Notes: generated by a model not told the origin, from the letters alone. 29,530 nt of DNA from Candidatus Hydrothermarchaeales archaeon (GCA_036444275.1 JAZGAD010000060.1:1-29530), one strand, 5' to 3'. Positions 18,436-26,653 are shown, counted from the first letter of the stretch. Numbers and translations: made by a program.

Positions 18436-20057
18436 AGGGTATATTCACACTACTAGGTGGAGAGATGGTTGATCAGAAGAAACCAAGGAGTATCTATCTA
18501 AGAGCTGCATGGTATGGTGAAACCCCTGATTTTAATCCATATAACGAGATTTCAAGGAACTTAAAACAAGCTGTTTCCATGGGGAAGATGTCGCATCCAG
18601 ACAATCTGGAATCCCTTATGAAATTACTATATGAAACCAACCGTAGATATGGTGTCTTAACGCAGGAAGTAAAAGAGAAGATTGACTCCATAGCAAGTGG
18701 TGTAGCGATAACAGCCCACCAGCCTATTTATCTCGGCGGCCCGTCTTTAATCTTGAATAAGATGGCGCTTGCTTCGGAGGTCTCTAAGATCTCAGAGCTA
18801 TCTCCTTTATTCTTCCTCGCCGACTTTGATGGGGTTCACAAAGAGATTACTCATACACACCTCCCCAGTTTAAGTCCAGCAGGCATTGCACTCTTACTTC
18901 CAAGGGATATCATAAAGGATTATGAAGGCTGTCCAGTCTATACTCTGCCTTTACCTAGTGAGGCACATTTAACGGATACATTGGAAAGAATCAGACAGAA
19001 CTATGGAGAGACAATCAAAAAGGCATTTTCATCTCCAGCTGAGAAGAGGTTGTATATCGAACGCTTGGAAGAAGCTTTGACCGTGGTTAGGACACAATAT
19101 TATGCTTCTAAAAACTTCAGCGAATGGACCATGCGTATCCTAGCTAATATCGCGAACATTACTGGTGAACTCAACATCATGTTTCTTGAATCGTCTTCTA
19201 GGGAATTCAGGAGACTCCTCCAAGGAGGTTTCGAGTATCTAATGGGGGATAAAAACCTTGATACCTTTATTAAAACCATAAACAGGGTCCACGATCAGCT
19301 TAAGGAAAACAATATCACTCCAACTCTGAGAAAGCGGGACAAGAAATATGTTCCGTTCTTTTATGAGTGCCAGAGCCAGGGATGTAACCGGAGGAGGGTC
19401 TTACTGGAGCGTGAGAATACCATATTAAAGGGAAGATGCAAGAAATGTGGTACTGCATATGGGTTTTCAAAGAATGAACTCTCAGATATAGTGGAGGATA
19501 TAAGCCCCCGTATCGACTCAAGACTGCTCGTTTCCTCCTTTGCTATCCCCCTGTCTGTGCAGATCACAGGTGGTGGCGAGACCGACTACATGGCGCAGGT
19601 GCTTCCTGCTATGCGTTCCATAAAGGTTGATCCCCCCACCACCTTGCTCTATAGTAGGATATACTATAACAATGTAATAAGAGCCCATCTAGAGGTAAAA
19701 ATAAAGCAGTTACTTGAAAAATATGGGTTGCCAGAGTCAGAGATATATACTTGCTTAGGGAGGTACATGAATAATGCAACAAGGGAGGAGGCTATGATTC
19801 CCCTAACCCTAGCTATAGAACAGGAATACAGAACACTTAAAAAACTGGAGGAGATCGCTAAAGAACGCGACGTATCCCTATACATCTCATCTGCCCATGG
19901 AAGCTATTCCAAAGAGAAGGTAGGGCAGGAGATATCATGGAATTGGATTGATCTAGCGGTATCCTCAGGCGTATCCGATCTCATAAACATATATACACGG
20001 TTTTATAATGCAGAGACAATACCGGGTGCATGCTTCTTTGCAAACACGTGCAGGTGA
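18432..20057 (+). CDS. bshC: BshC-like (bacillithiol cysteine-adding enzyme family) ligase
   Basis: TAHQPIYLGGP...NK (cf. BshC GQQ.G..GP...K), PLFFLADFD..HKEI (cf. PVFW...DHD..EI), ISPR...R, GGGETDYMAQV (cf. GGPGE.AY.AQ). About 540 aa and clustered with bshB1. Confidence 0.65.
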   Translation: MKGIFTLLGGEMVDQKKPRSIYLRAAWYGETPDFNPYNEISRNLKQAVSMGKMSHPDNLESLMKLLYETNRRYGVLTQEVKEKIDSIASGVAITAHQPIYLGGPSLILNKMALASEVSKISELSPLFFLADFDGVHKEITHTHLPSLSPAGIALLLPRDIIKDYEGCPVYTLPLPSEAHLTDTLERIRQNYGETIKKAFSSPAEKRLYIERLEEALTVVRTQYYASKNFSEWTMRILANIANITGELNIMFLESSSREFRRLLQGGFEYLMGDKNLDTFIKTINRVHDQLKENNITPTLRKRDKKYVPFFYECQSQGCNRRRVLLERENTILKGRCKKCGTAYGFSKNELSDIVEDISPRIDSRLLVSSFAIPLSVQITGGGETDYMAQVLPAMRSIKVDPPTTLLYSRIYYNNVIRAHLEVKIKQLLEKYGLPESEIYTCLGRYMNNATREEAMIPLTLAIEQEYRTLKKLEEIAKERDVSLYISSAHGSYSKEKVGQEISWNWIDLAVSSGVSDLINIYTRFYNAETIPGACFFANTCR

Positions 20058-20061
20058 TGAG

Positions 20062-20907
20062 ATGAATACGCTCTTGGTTATTCCTGTTTACCAGGAAGAA
20101 GAGAATATCTCGAAAGTCCTCTATGATATTGAAGAATCGAGAGCGAATGGCATACCTTTTGATATACTAATCATCGATGATGGATCAACAGATTCTACTC
20201 CAGTTATACTTGATAGGCTCCAGAAGGACATTACATTTGATATCCTCATGCACAGAGAGAATGCTGGATATGGAAATGCCCTAAAATCAGGGTTCGATTC
20301 AGCGATTCAAGGGGGCTACGATACTATTATCACAATGGATGCTGATGAACAGCATGATCCAGATTTCCTGAAATCTTTTTTTGCAACAAAAGGCGCGGAT
20401 ATCCTCAGCGGCTCTAGGTATCAAGACATAGTCTTAGGGACAAATAGCATGCCCCCTGACCGTTTTTTGATTAACATGATAATGACGACTATAGTTAATC
20501 ACTTGACTGCCTATGATCTAACAGATTCCTTCTGCGGTATGAAGGCCTATAACGTGGATGCCTTAAAGAAATTAGATCTTACGGGGCTTGCAGAAGGATA
20601 TGAAATGCCTCTCCAGCTTCTTTTTCAAGCTCGCTTTAATAACCTCTCCATCATGGAGATACCGGTACCCTTAATATACAAGACACATGAGGTACTGGCA
20701 CCAGCTCCAAAACGCTTGGAGGCATACATTAACACAGTAAGAGATGAGGTTGTAAGAAGTAAGAAACAGCATATAGTAGAACTATTAGAGAAGGCACTTG
20801 AAAGAAGGGACGGCTTGGTGAATATCGCAGTAGAAACACATGCAATGCTAGAGGACATAATAGGTGCTCAACTGCCGTGTCCTCGATACCTTAGAGGTGG
20901 ACTATGA
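20062..20907 (+). CDS. Glycosyltransferase family 2 (DPM1/ArnC-like)
   Basis: IPVYQEEENI, IDDGSTDST, HRENAGYG.A...GF, TMDADEQH, GSRY, TDSFCGMKAY, EIPV. ATG 20062 follows GGTGA. Confidence 0.9.
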   Translation: MNTLLVIPVYQEEENISKVLYDIEESRANGIPFDILIIDDGSTDSTPVILDRLQKDITFDILMHRENAGYGNALKSGFDSAIQGGYDTIITMDADEQHDPDFLKSFFATKGADILSGSRYQDIVLGTNSMPPDRFLINMIMTTIVNHLTAYDLTDSFCGMKAYNVDALKKLDLTGLAEGYEMPLQLLFQARFNNLSIMEIPVPLIYKTHEVLAPAPKRLEAYINTVRDEVVRSKKQHIVELLEKALERRDGLVNIAVETHAMLEDIIGAQLPCPRYLRGGL

Positions 20908-21590
20908 AATTGGATGTCTTGGTTGTGGGAGCGCATCCAGATGATGCAGAACTAGGGGCTGGGGGTACGATTGCAAAGCTGGAAAAACAAGGACGGAGGG
21001 TAGGAATCCTTGACCTATCTGATGGTGAACCGACGCCTCATGGAACGCCTGAGATAAGGAGGAAGGAAGCAGAAGAAGCAGCAAAAATCTTAGGGGTTGA
21101 TGTCAGGGAGATACTTGGATTAGAGAATAGGAAGATCATCGATAGCATTGAGGCAAGAAAAGAGATAGCAAATATCATAAGGAAGTATAAGCCTGAGGTG
21201 ATTATCACACATCCAAAGGATGAGAGCCACCCAGATCATATTGTAGCCTACAACCTGGTATTTGCATCCAGTTTCTATGCCAGATTAACGAAGTGGCCGC
21301 AGGCAAGGAAACCATGGGAGGTTAAAAGGATATTCCACTTCCCGGGGGGGCACCAAAGGGTAAACAGGAAGGTCTCGTTTATAGTTGATATCAGTGATTT
21401 CATCGAACAGAAGATAAAGGCACTAGAATGCTATAAATCGCAGCTCATAGAGAACGTGAAGAACCGTGAGCTTCTGGAGATAATCCCGGCTGCGGCAAAG
21501 TATTATGGTTCAATGATAGGCAGGAGCTATGGAGAAGCGTTCATCTGCGAGGAAGAGATAGGGGTAGAAGACCTACTGGATATCATATAG
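20904..21590 (+). CDS. bshB1: N-acetylglucosaminyl deacetylase BshB1 (PIG-L family)
   Basis: GAHPDDAELG.GGTIAK, ILDLSDGEPTPHGT.E.R..EA..AA.ILGV, HPDH, VDISDF..K..AL.CYKSQ, YGEAF. Confidence 0.85.
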   Translation: MKLDVLVVGAHPDDAELGAGGTIAKLEKQGRRVGILDLSDGEPTPHGTPEIRRKEAEEAAKILGVDVREILGLENRKIIDSIEARKEIANIIRKYKPEVIITHPKDESHPDHIVAYNLVFASSFYARLTKWPQARKPWEVKRIFHFPGGHQRVNRKVSFIVDISDFIEQKIKALECYKSQLIENVKNRELLEIIPAAAKYYGSMIGRSYGEAFICEEEIGVEDLLDII

Positions 21591-21599
21591 GGAATTACC

Positions 21600-22619
21600 A
21601 TGGTCGAGTTAGTTGTTCCCACTCCGAATCTAGAGGTATTAAAAGCTGCATTGGATAGTGGGGCAGATTCGGTATATGTGCCGATAACAAAGAAAGTATC
21701 GATACGCTTTGGATCCAGTTTTTTCTCACTTGGTGAGATGGAGAAGGCAGTAGGATATGCCCATGATCTAGGAAAAAAAGCCTATGTGGTTGTCAATGCC
21801 CATGTAAGGGATAGGGGTCTTGAAGATTTTCAGAGGACTGTAGAGTCTATCTATAGTGCAGAAGCAGACGGCGTAGTGGTGAGCAGCTTCGGTGTTATAG
21901 ACTGGATAAACAAGCATTATCCAATAAAGATCATCGCCTCAGGTGTTGCATCTGCTATCTCCCCAGAGGATGCATTGTTCTTAAAATCCCTCGGTGTTAC
22001 GAGGGTGATAATCCCTCGCCTTCGATCCCTGCAGTCGATAAAAGAATACAAGGAGAAAACCAACATGGAGGTTGAAGTATACGTAAGTGGCTTCATCTGC
22101 AGTGCATGGGATGGAAAACGCTGTTTCCTGCCTTCTCTGCTCTATGATGTGGGCACAGAATCTGGTTTGTGCATCCCGAAGGATGTTAAGCGTGTTTCAG
22201 GACTTTATTTAGCTGGTGATCATCCAATACGTTCTGTTAGGCTTGGAACAGATAGCTTTTCTACCAGGCACGGAAGCGTAGGCATAGAGGGCCAGGGTTT
22301 AATCACCCCATGTATCGGCGATTATATAGTAAAATGCGGTGATGATTCCATTAAAGCACATCTCATGGAATTCGAAGTACAGTGTGACCTAGCTGCGATT
22401 CCTTATCTGATCAAAAACAACGTGGACAGCCTGAAGGTTGTCGCAGAGGTAAAATCCCTGGATTATATTAAGAAGATGGTTGAGGTTTGGAGGAAGGCTA
22501 TAGATGCATACGAGGCTTCTCCTGAGTCATGGAAAGTGGAAGAAGGGTGGATAAGGGCGCTGCAGGCCGCATATAACCTGCCGATTAGGCTTGATTCATA
22601 TTTCAAGGGGGGATGCTGA
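21600..22619 (+). CDS. ubiU: U32 family Fe-S protein, UbiU-like
   Basis: ELVVP..NL..LKAALDSGADSVY, GVTRVIIPR, EVEVYV.G. Cys spacing C-X7-C-X15-C-X46-C, with the last Cys in TPCIGDY (cf. E. coli UbiU C-X6-C-X16-C-X38-C, PTLCKGRY). Confidence 0.72.
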   Translation: MVELVVPTPNLEVLKAALDSGADSVYVPITKKVSIRFGSSFFSLGEMEKAVGYAHDLGKKAYVVVNAHVRDRGLEDFQRTVESIYSAEADGVVVSSFGVIDWINKHYPIKIIASGVASAISPEDALFLKSLGVTRVIIPRLRSLQSIKEYKEKTNMEVEVYVSGFICSAWDGKRCFLPSLLYDVGTESGLCIPKDVKRVSGLYLAGDHPIRSVRLGTDSFSTRHGSVGIEGQGLITPCIGDYIVKCGDDSIKAHLMEFEVQCDLAAIPYLIKNNVDSLKVVAEVKSLDYIKKMVEVWRKAIDAYEASPESWKVEEGWIRALQAAYNLPIRLDSYFKGGC

Positions 22620-23485
22620 TGGAGATAACAGTAACCGCATATACTTATCCAGAAGTTGAAAAATGGGTTAAAAGTGGAGCAGACAGCATAAGGTTTGGTG
22701 AGCCTCACTGCTACCTAAAAGCACTGCGAGACTGGGATGAAAAAAAAATTAGAAAGGCATGTGCACTAATAGAATCGTCGGGTAAAAAAGCCCAGTTGCA
22801 GTTGCTGGTTGCACCATCTTCAAGGGAGGAAATCGAGTATACGAGAAACCTATGCAATCTTGCCTCATCTAATGGTATCGACCTAGTGCTAGGCTCCCTA
22901 GGCATGCTTAAGATAACTAATAGCTGTGTGGCTGGTAGCTATATCAAGGCTTATAACCGCCTCGACCTAGAGGTTCTGAGTAGACATGGAGTTAGGATAG
23001 TATCCATATCACCTGACCTGGCAAAGGAGGAGATAGAGGGGTTGATAAGAAATGCACCCTCAATGTTGTTTGAGTACCAGATTCATGGTCCAGTAAGCCT
23101 CATGACGAGTTGGAAGTGCTTCCTAAGGCAGATGTGCCCTGCTGAAGGGAAAGGGAACTGCAGCTATGTGTGCACAGGTTATATACGCATGCACAGCCTT
23201 AGTGGAGAAGAACTCTTTGATGTAAATGGCAACTCGCTTGCAACTTCTAGGGATCTATGCATGCTTCCTCATCTAGGGGAGCTTTTTGATATGGGGGTCT
23301 CTATCGGACTGATAGAAACGAGGAATAGGGAATACGATAATTGCATTATAGATGTCTACAAAGAAGCAGTTCAAGACCCTGGTAATTTTGAATACCTCAA
23401 GAGACTGCGTGGAAATTTCTTGGACGGTTGGTACCATGGGAAAGAGGGGAATAGCTTTTGCTTAGGGAGGAAAGTAGACGAATAG
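22613..23485 (+). CDS. ubiV: U32 family Fe-S protein, UbiV-like
   Basis: N-terminal FGEPHC (cf. UbiV LGEAVC), HG.V.L..S..C-X13-C-X3-C, F.VNG, C-terminal DGWYHG (cf. NGYW). Overlaps the UbiU-like gene. Confidence 0.75.
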   Translation: MLMEITVTAYTYPEVEKWVKSGADSIRFGEPHCYLKALRDWDEKKIRKACALIESSGKKAQLQLLVAPSSREEIEYTRNLCNLASSNGIDLVLGSLGMLKITNSCVAGSYIKAYNRLDLEVLSRHGVRIVSISPDLAKEEIEGLIRNAPSMLFEYQIHGPVSLMTSWKCFLRQMCPAEGKGNCSYVCTGYIRMHSLSGEELFDVNGNSLATSRDLCMLPHLGELFDMGVSIGLIETRNREYDNCIIDVYKEAVQDPGNFEYLKRLRGNFLDGWYHGKEGNSFCLGRKVDE

Positions 23486-24064
23486 TATATCCCAACATAG
23501 ATGCGTCGCTATTGCTGGAAGTAAGCCTGCCTCTGAGTATATCAAGCCCCATGCCAATGCTAATATGAAATCGATGAAACCAGGCATCAGGCCTACCCCT
23601 GATCCCCTTATAGCGCTCAGCAATGAAGTGACGAGGATGGCATGCCTTACATTGAAATACTTGCAAAGAGTCTCCTGAACATAGCCCCGGTAGAACAACT
23701 CCATAGATACTACGACTAATATCAAAGCTGGAAAAGATATTAATAGCGAAATCCTCTGCCAAGGTTCAACGAAGTAACTCCACTTGTCAGTGCCTATAGG
23801 GATTTGACTCCCTGCAACAAAAGAGAACCCTAGTCTCATAGCAAGATAGAATAAACACATCGAGAAAATCCCTACGCCCAGCCACTTCCAATGGCCATGC
23901 TTTACCCAATGATACTCTCTAATGCTTGCTATCCCTAATACAGCTAACCCTGCGAAGTATATTATATTAGAATATGGACGGGGACTAAGAGGTGTATATA
24001 AAAGATAGAAGAAGAATATCACAGGGAGGTTTATGATTACAATCCTAGCTAATTTATTATCCAT
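23462..24064 (-). CDS. CPBP/Abi (type II CAAX protease) family membrane protein with degenerate motifs
   Basis: Many TM segments; ELFYRGYVQ and GLLPAIATHLCWD are present, but the EE and FxxxH motifs are altered. Confidence 0.7.
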   Translation of the reverse strand: MDNKLARIVIINLPVIFFFYLLYTPLSPRPYSNIIYFAGLAVLGIASIREYHWVKHGHWKWLGVGIFSMCLFYLAMRLGFSFVAGSQIPIGTDKWSYFVEPWQRISLLISFPALILVVVSMELFYRGYVQETLCKYFNVRHAILVTSLLSAIRGSGVGLMPGFIDFILALAWGLIYSEAGLLPAIATHLCWDILFVYFPP

Positions 24065-24073
24065 TTTTGGTCC

Positions 24074-24931
24074 TTAAGTGTATAGATCTATAAAGGTAAA
24101 GAGGAATACCAAGGAGCTTATGGCAACATTTACACTGAAGGTCTTCCTCCAGACATCTGTAAACTCTGATAGTATATGATATTGATAAATCTGAAGTACC
24201 CCCATAATGAGGATACCTGATAGGTAAGCTGTACCTAATTCTAGGATATAGTACAATGAGAGGAATAAGAGCAAGGAAGCGACAGCAAATCCCTTAGCTA
24301 TCCAGAAACTTTTGTCTGGACCAAGCCAGGCAGGGATCGAATGTAGTTTCTGAGTACGATAAAACTCCATGTCGCGTATATCCTGGATGATATCAAAACC
24401 TGTCATCCAAAATGCAACTGCTAGGGATAGCACAATGGCTGGAAATTCTATTCTGCCGCTCACAGCTATCCATCCTCCAAATGGGGAAAGACCCAAGATT
24501 ACACCTAACAAGATGTGCAACCCCGAAGTAAAGCGCTTGGTATAGGGGTAAATGCATATGAGTAGGATTACGAAGGGGGATAGCTTGAAGCATAACGGAT
24601 TTAATTTGTATGCAGCGAATGCTAGCAGAGCAAAGGATATTAAAGCAAAAACAAGTACTTCGAGAGGGTCGAGTACCCCCGTAGGAATGAACCGATCTTT
24701 TGTCCTTAGATTTAGCGCATCTATCTCACGGTCAATAAACCTATTTATCGCCATTCCTCCGCTTCTAGCACTTGCCAATGCCAGAAGTATGAACATAACC
24801 TGGTGTTTTGTTGGTAATCCCCCTGCGGCCAATACTGCACCCATTAGAGCAAAGGGAAGCACCAGTAGAATACGCTCGAATTTGGTCATCTCAAAGAGCG
24901 TCTTGATCTTCACATGTTGTATTCTTTCCAT
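24074..24931 (-). CDS. ubiA: UbiA family aromatic polyprenyltransferase (MqnP / 4-HB prenyltransferase-like)
   Basis: LPFA, ARS..MA.NRFIDREIDA.N.RT..R.IP.G, YPYTKRFT, GGWIAV, W..GFDII, multiple TM helices. Confidence 0.88.
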   Translation of the reverse strand: MERIQHVKIKTLFEMTKFERILLVLPFALMGAVLAAGGLPTKHQVMFILLALASARSGGMAINRFIDREIDALNLRTKDRFIPTGVLDPLEVLVFALISFALLAFAAYKLNPLCFKLSPFVILLICIYPYTKRFTSGLHILLGVILGLSPFGGWIAVSGRIEFPAIVLSLAVAFWMTGFDIIQDIRDMEFYRTQKLHSIPAWLGPDKSFWIAKGFAVASLLLFLSLYYILELGTAYLSGILIMGVLQIYQYHILSEFTDVWRKTFSVNVAISSLVFLFTFIDLYT

Positions 24932-26358
24932 CTCCTATCCACTAGATCGACAACATCCGGGCTCATATTTAATGCCTCTGGCCATTCTCTTTCATGTCCC
25001 TCGTCCCTTCCCTTCATAGTTGCATCTATACCTATCTTTGATCCTAGATTCGGCAGTGGAGCCGCGTGATCAAGGGTATCAACAGGCGCTCTGTCTATCA
25101 CAATAATATCCCTTTTGGGGTCTATCCTGGTTGAAACAGCCCACGTTACCTCACCTAAGTCCTGGATGTTTACATCTTCATCCACAACAACTATGCACTT
25201 GGTAGAGGAAAGCTGCCCCAAGCCCCATAATGCAAACATAACCTTTTTTGCCTGCCCAGGATACCTCTTCTTAATGGATACTATGCAGAGGTTGTGGACA
25301 GCGCTCTCTATTGGCAGATTTATATCTCTTATCTCTGGAAGCTGGAACCTTATTAGAGGGAGGAACATCCTTTCTATCGCTTTTCCCATGTATGAATCTT
25401 CCTTAGGGGGTCTACCAGTCAGCGTTGCAGGATATATCGGCTTCTCCCTGTGAGTTATACACGTTACATGGAAGACCGGAAAGAGGTCTGGTAGGGAATA
25501 ATAACCGGTGTGGTCTCCGAAAGGACCTTCACTTCTCCGTTCATTTGGATCAATATAACCCTCTAAAACGATTTCGGCATTGGCAGGCACCTCTAGATCG
25601 ACGGTCTCGCACTTCACTAACTCTACAGGTTTCTTCCTCAAAATGCCTGCGAATACCATCTCATCAAAACCGTCTGGCAGTGGAGCCGGTGCAGATAGCA
25701 TGGTTGCAGGGTCACCGCCTAATGCTACTGCAACCTCCAAGGGCCTTCCCAGTTCCTCAGCCTTACGATAGTGCGTCGCCCCATGCTTTTGAATATGCCA
25801 GTGCATACCAGTGGTTTTTGCATCGAATACCTGCATGCGGTACATCCCAACGTTTCTCTCTCCAGTCTCTGGATCCTTAGTGAAGACTAGAGGGAGTGTT
25901 ATGAACCGCCCACCATCCTTAGGCCAGAACTTTGGTATTGGAAATTTACTAAGGTCTACCTCATCACCTTTAAGAATAATATCCTTGCAGGGCCCACTCT
26001 TCACAACCTTTGGAAAAATAGACAAGACATCCCTTAGTTTAGAGACACCCTTTATCTTACCCACTAAACCGGATGGTATCTCTGGTTTAATCAACTCGAC
26101 AATGCCTTTGCCTATGTTCTCTAAATCTTCTACGTCTAATGCTACTTTTATTCGTTGTATTGAGCCAAAGATGTTCGCTAGGATAGGTATATCAAAACCT
26201 TTTACATTTTCAAAGAGCACTGCCGGTCCATTACTTTTAACCAACCTATCCAAGATCTCTGTAACCTCAAGTTCTGGATTAACCTCTGTTTTGATCCTCC
26301 GTAACTCTCCCTTATTCTCAAGGAATTTAATAAAATCCCTTAAGTCACGATATGCCAC
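24910..26358 (-). CDS. ubiD: UbiD family prFMN-dependent (de)carboxylase (MqnL / menaquinone decarboxylase-like)
   Basis: DLRDFI..LE..GEL, WPKDGGRFITLP, RNVGMYRMQ, GMHW..QK.G, EGPFGDHTGYYS, KRYPGQAKKVM, GSKIGIDAT. GTG start with GGAGG. Confidence 0.93.
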   Translation of the reverse strand: MAYRDLRDFIKFLENKGELRRIKTEVNPELEVTEILDRLVKSNGPAVLFENVKGFDIPILANIFGSIQRIKVALDVEDLENIGKGIVELIKPEIPSGLVGKIKGVSKLRDVLSIFPKVVKSGPCKDIILKGDEVDLSKFPIPKFWPKDGGRFITLPLVFTKDPETGERNVGMYRMQVFDAKTTGMHWHIQKHGATHYRKAEELGRPLEVAVALGGDPATMLSAPAPLPDGFDEMVFAGILRKKPVELVKCETVDLEVPANAEIVLEGYIDPNERRSEGPFGDHTGYYSLPDLFPVFHVTCITHREKPIYPATLTGRPPKEDSYMGKAIERMFLPLIRFQLPEIRDINLPIESAVHNLCIVSIKKRYPGQAKKVMFALWGLGQLSSTKCIVVVDEDVNIQDLGEVTWAVSTRIDPKRDIIVIDRAPVDTLDHAAPLPNLGSKIGIDATMKGRDEGHEREWPEALNMSPDVVDLVDRRWKEYNM

Positions 26359-26421
26359 TATAAGACCTCCATATTTGGTGTGTTACCGATATAAGCAACA
26401 CTCCATAGTATGAAGATTCTA

Positions 26422-26452
26422 ATACTACTATTTGAAAGTTATGTAGTAGTAT
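26422..26452. promoter_or_regulatory. Palindromic operator upstream of the ubiD operon
   Basis: Perfect 9-bp inverted repeat ATACTACTA-N13-TAGTAGTAT. Shares AATACTAC with the site at 16506-16513. Confidence 0.6.
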
Positions 26453-26547
26453 CATGTCCTAGAAAAAGATCCTAGCCAAGTTTATCAGCATCCACCACGG
26501 CGGCCTCCTTCAACCTGTTCCTAATCCCCGGCATAGCCAATGTGACC

Positions 26548-26572
26548 CTTATCCATCGAATTCTAGAATCAG
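26548..26572 (+). repeat. Right copy of the direct repeat flanking the biosynthetic block
   Basis: cttatccatcga-attctagaatcag; see 15590-15620. Confidence 0.75.
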
Positions 26573-26653
26573 CCATTCATCTCGCTTAGGTTTGTGTAAG
26601 CACCTTGTTAAAGAAAAATGACTATTATGGGAAAATGATAAGGGGGACAACCT

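Noticed and set aside
16542-23485. Annotating the three U32 proteins as collagenase-like proteases or the cluster as a RiPP system
   Set aside because: Characterised U32 members with these Cys motifs are Fe-S hydroxylases, the context is quinone-like, and no convincing precursor peptide lies inside the block.
24074-26358. Calling the region a complete futalosine menaquinone locus
   Set aside because: Only mqnL/mqnP-like genes are present, with no mqnA-E, ubiX or methyltransferase in the window. This remains an alternative if those genes occur elsewhere.
26472-26576. Possible 34-aa ORF on the - strand (MADSRIRWIRVTLAMPG...)
   Set aside because: No clear TATA or RBS and no recognisable motif; it overlaps the direct repeat.
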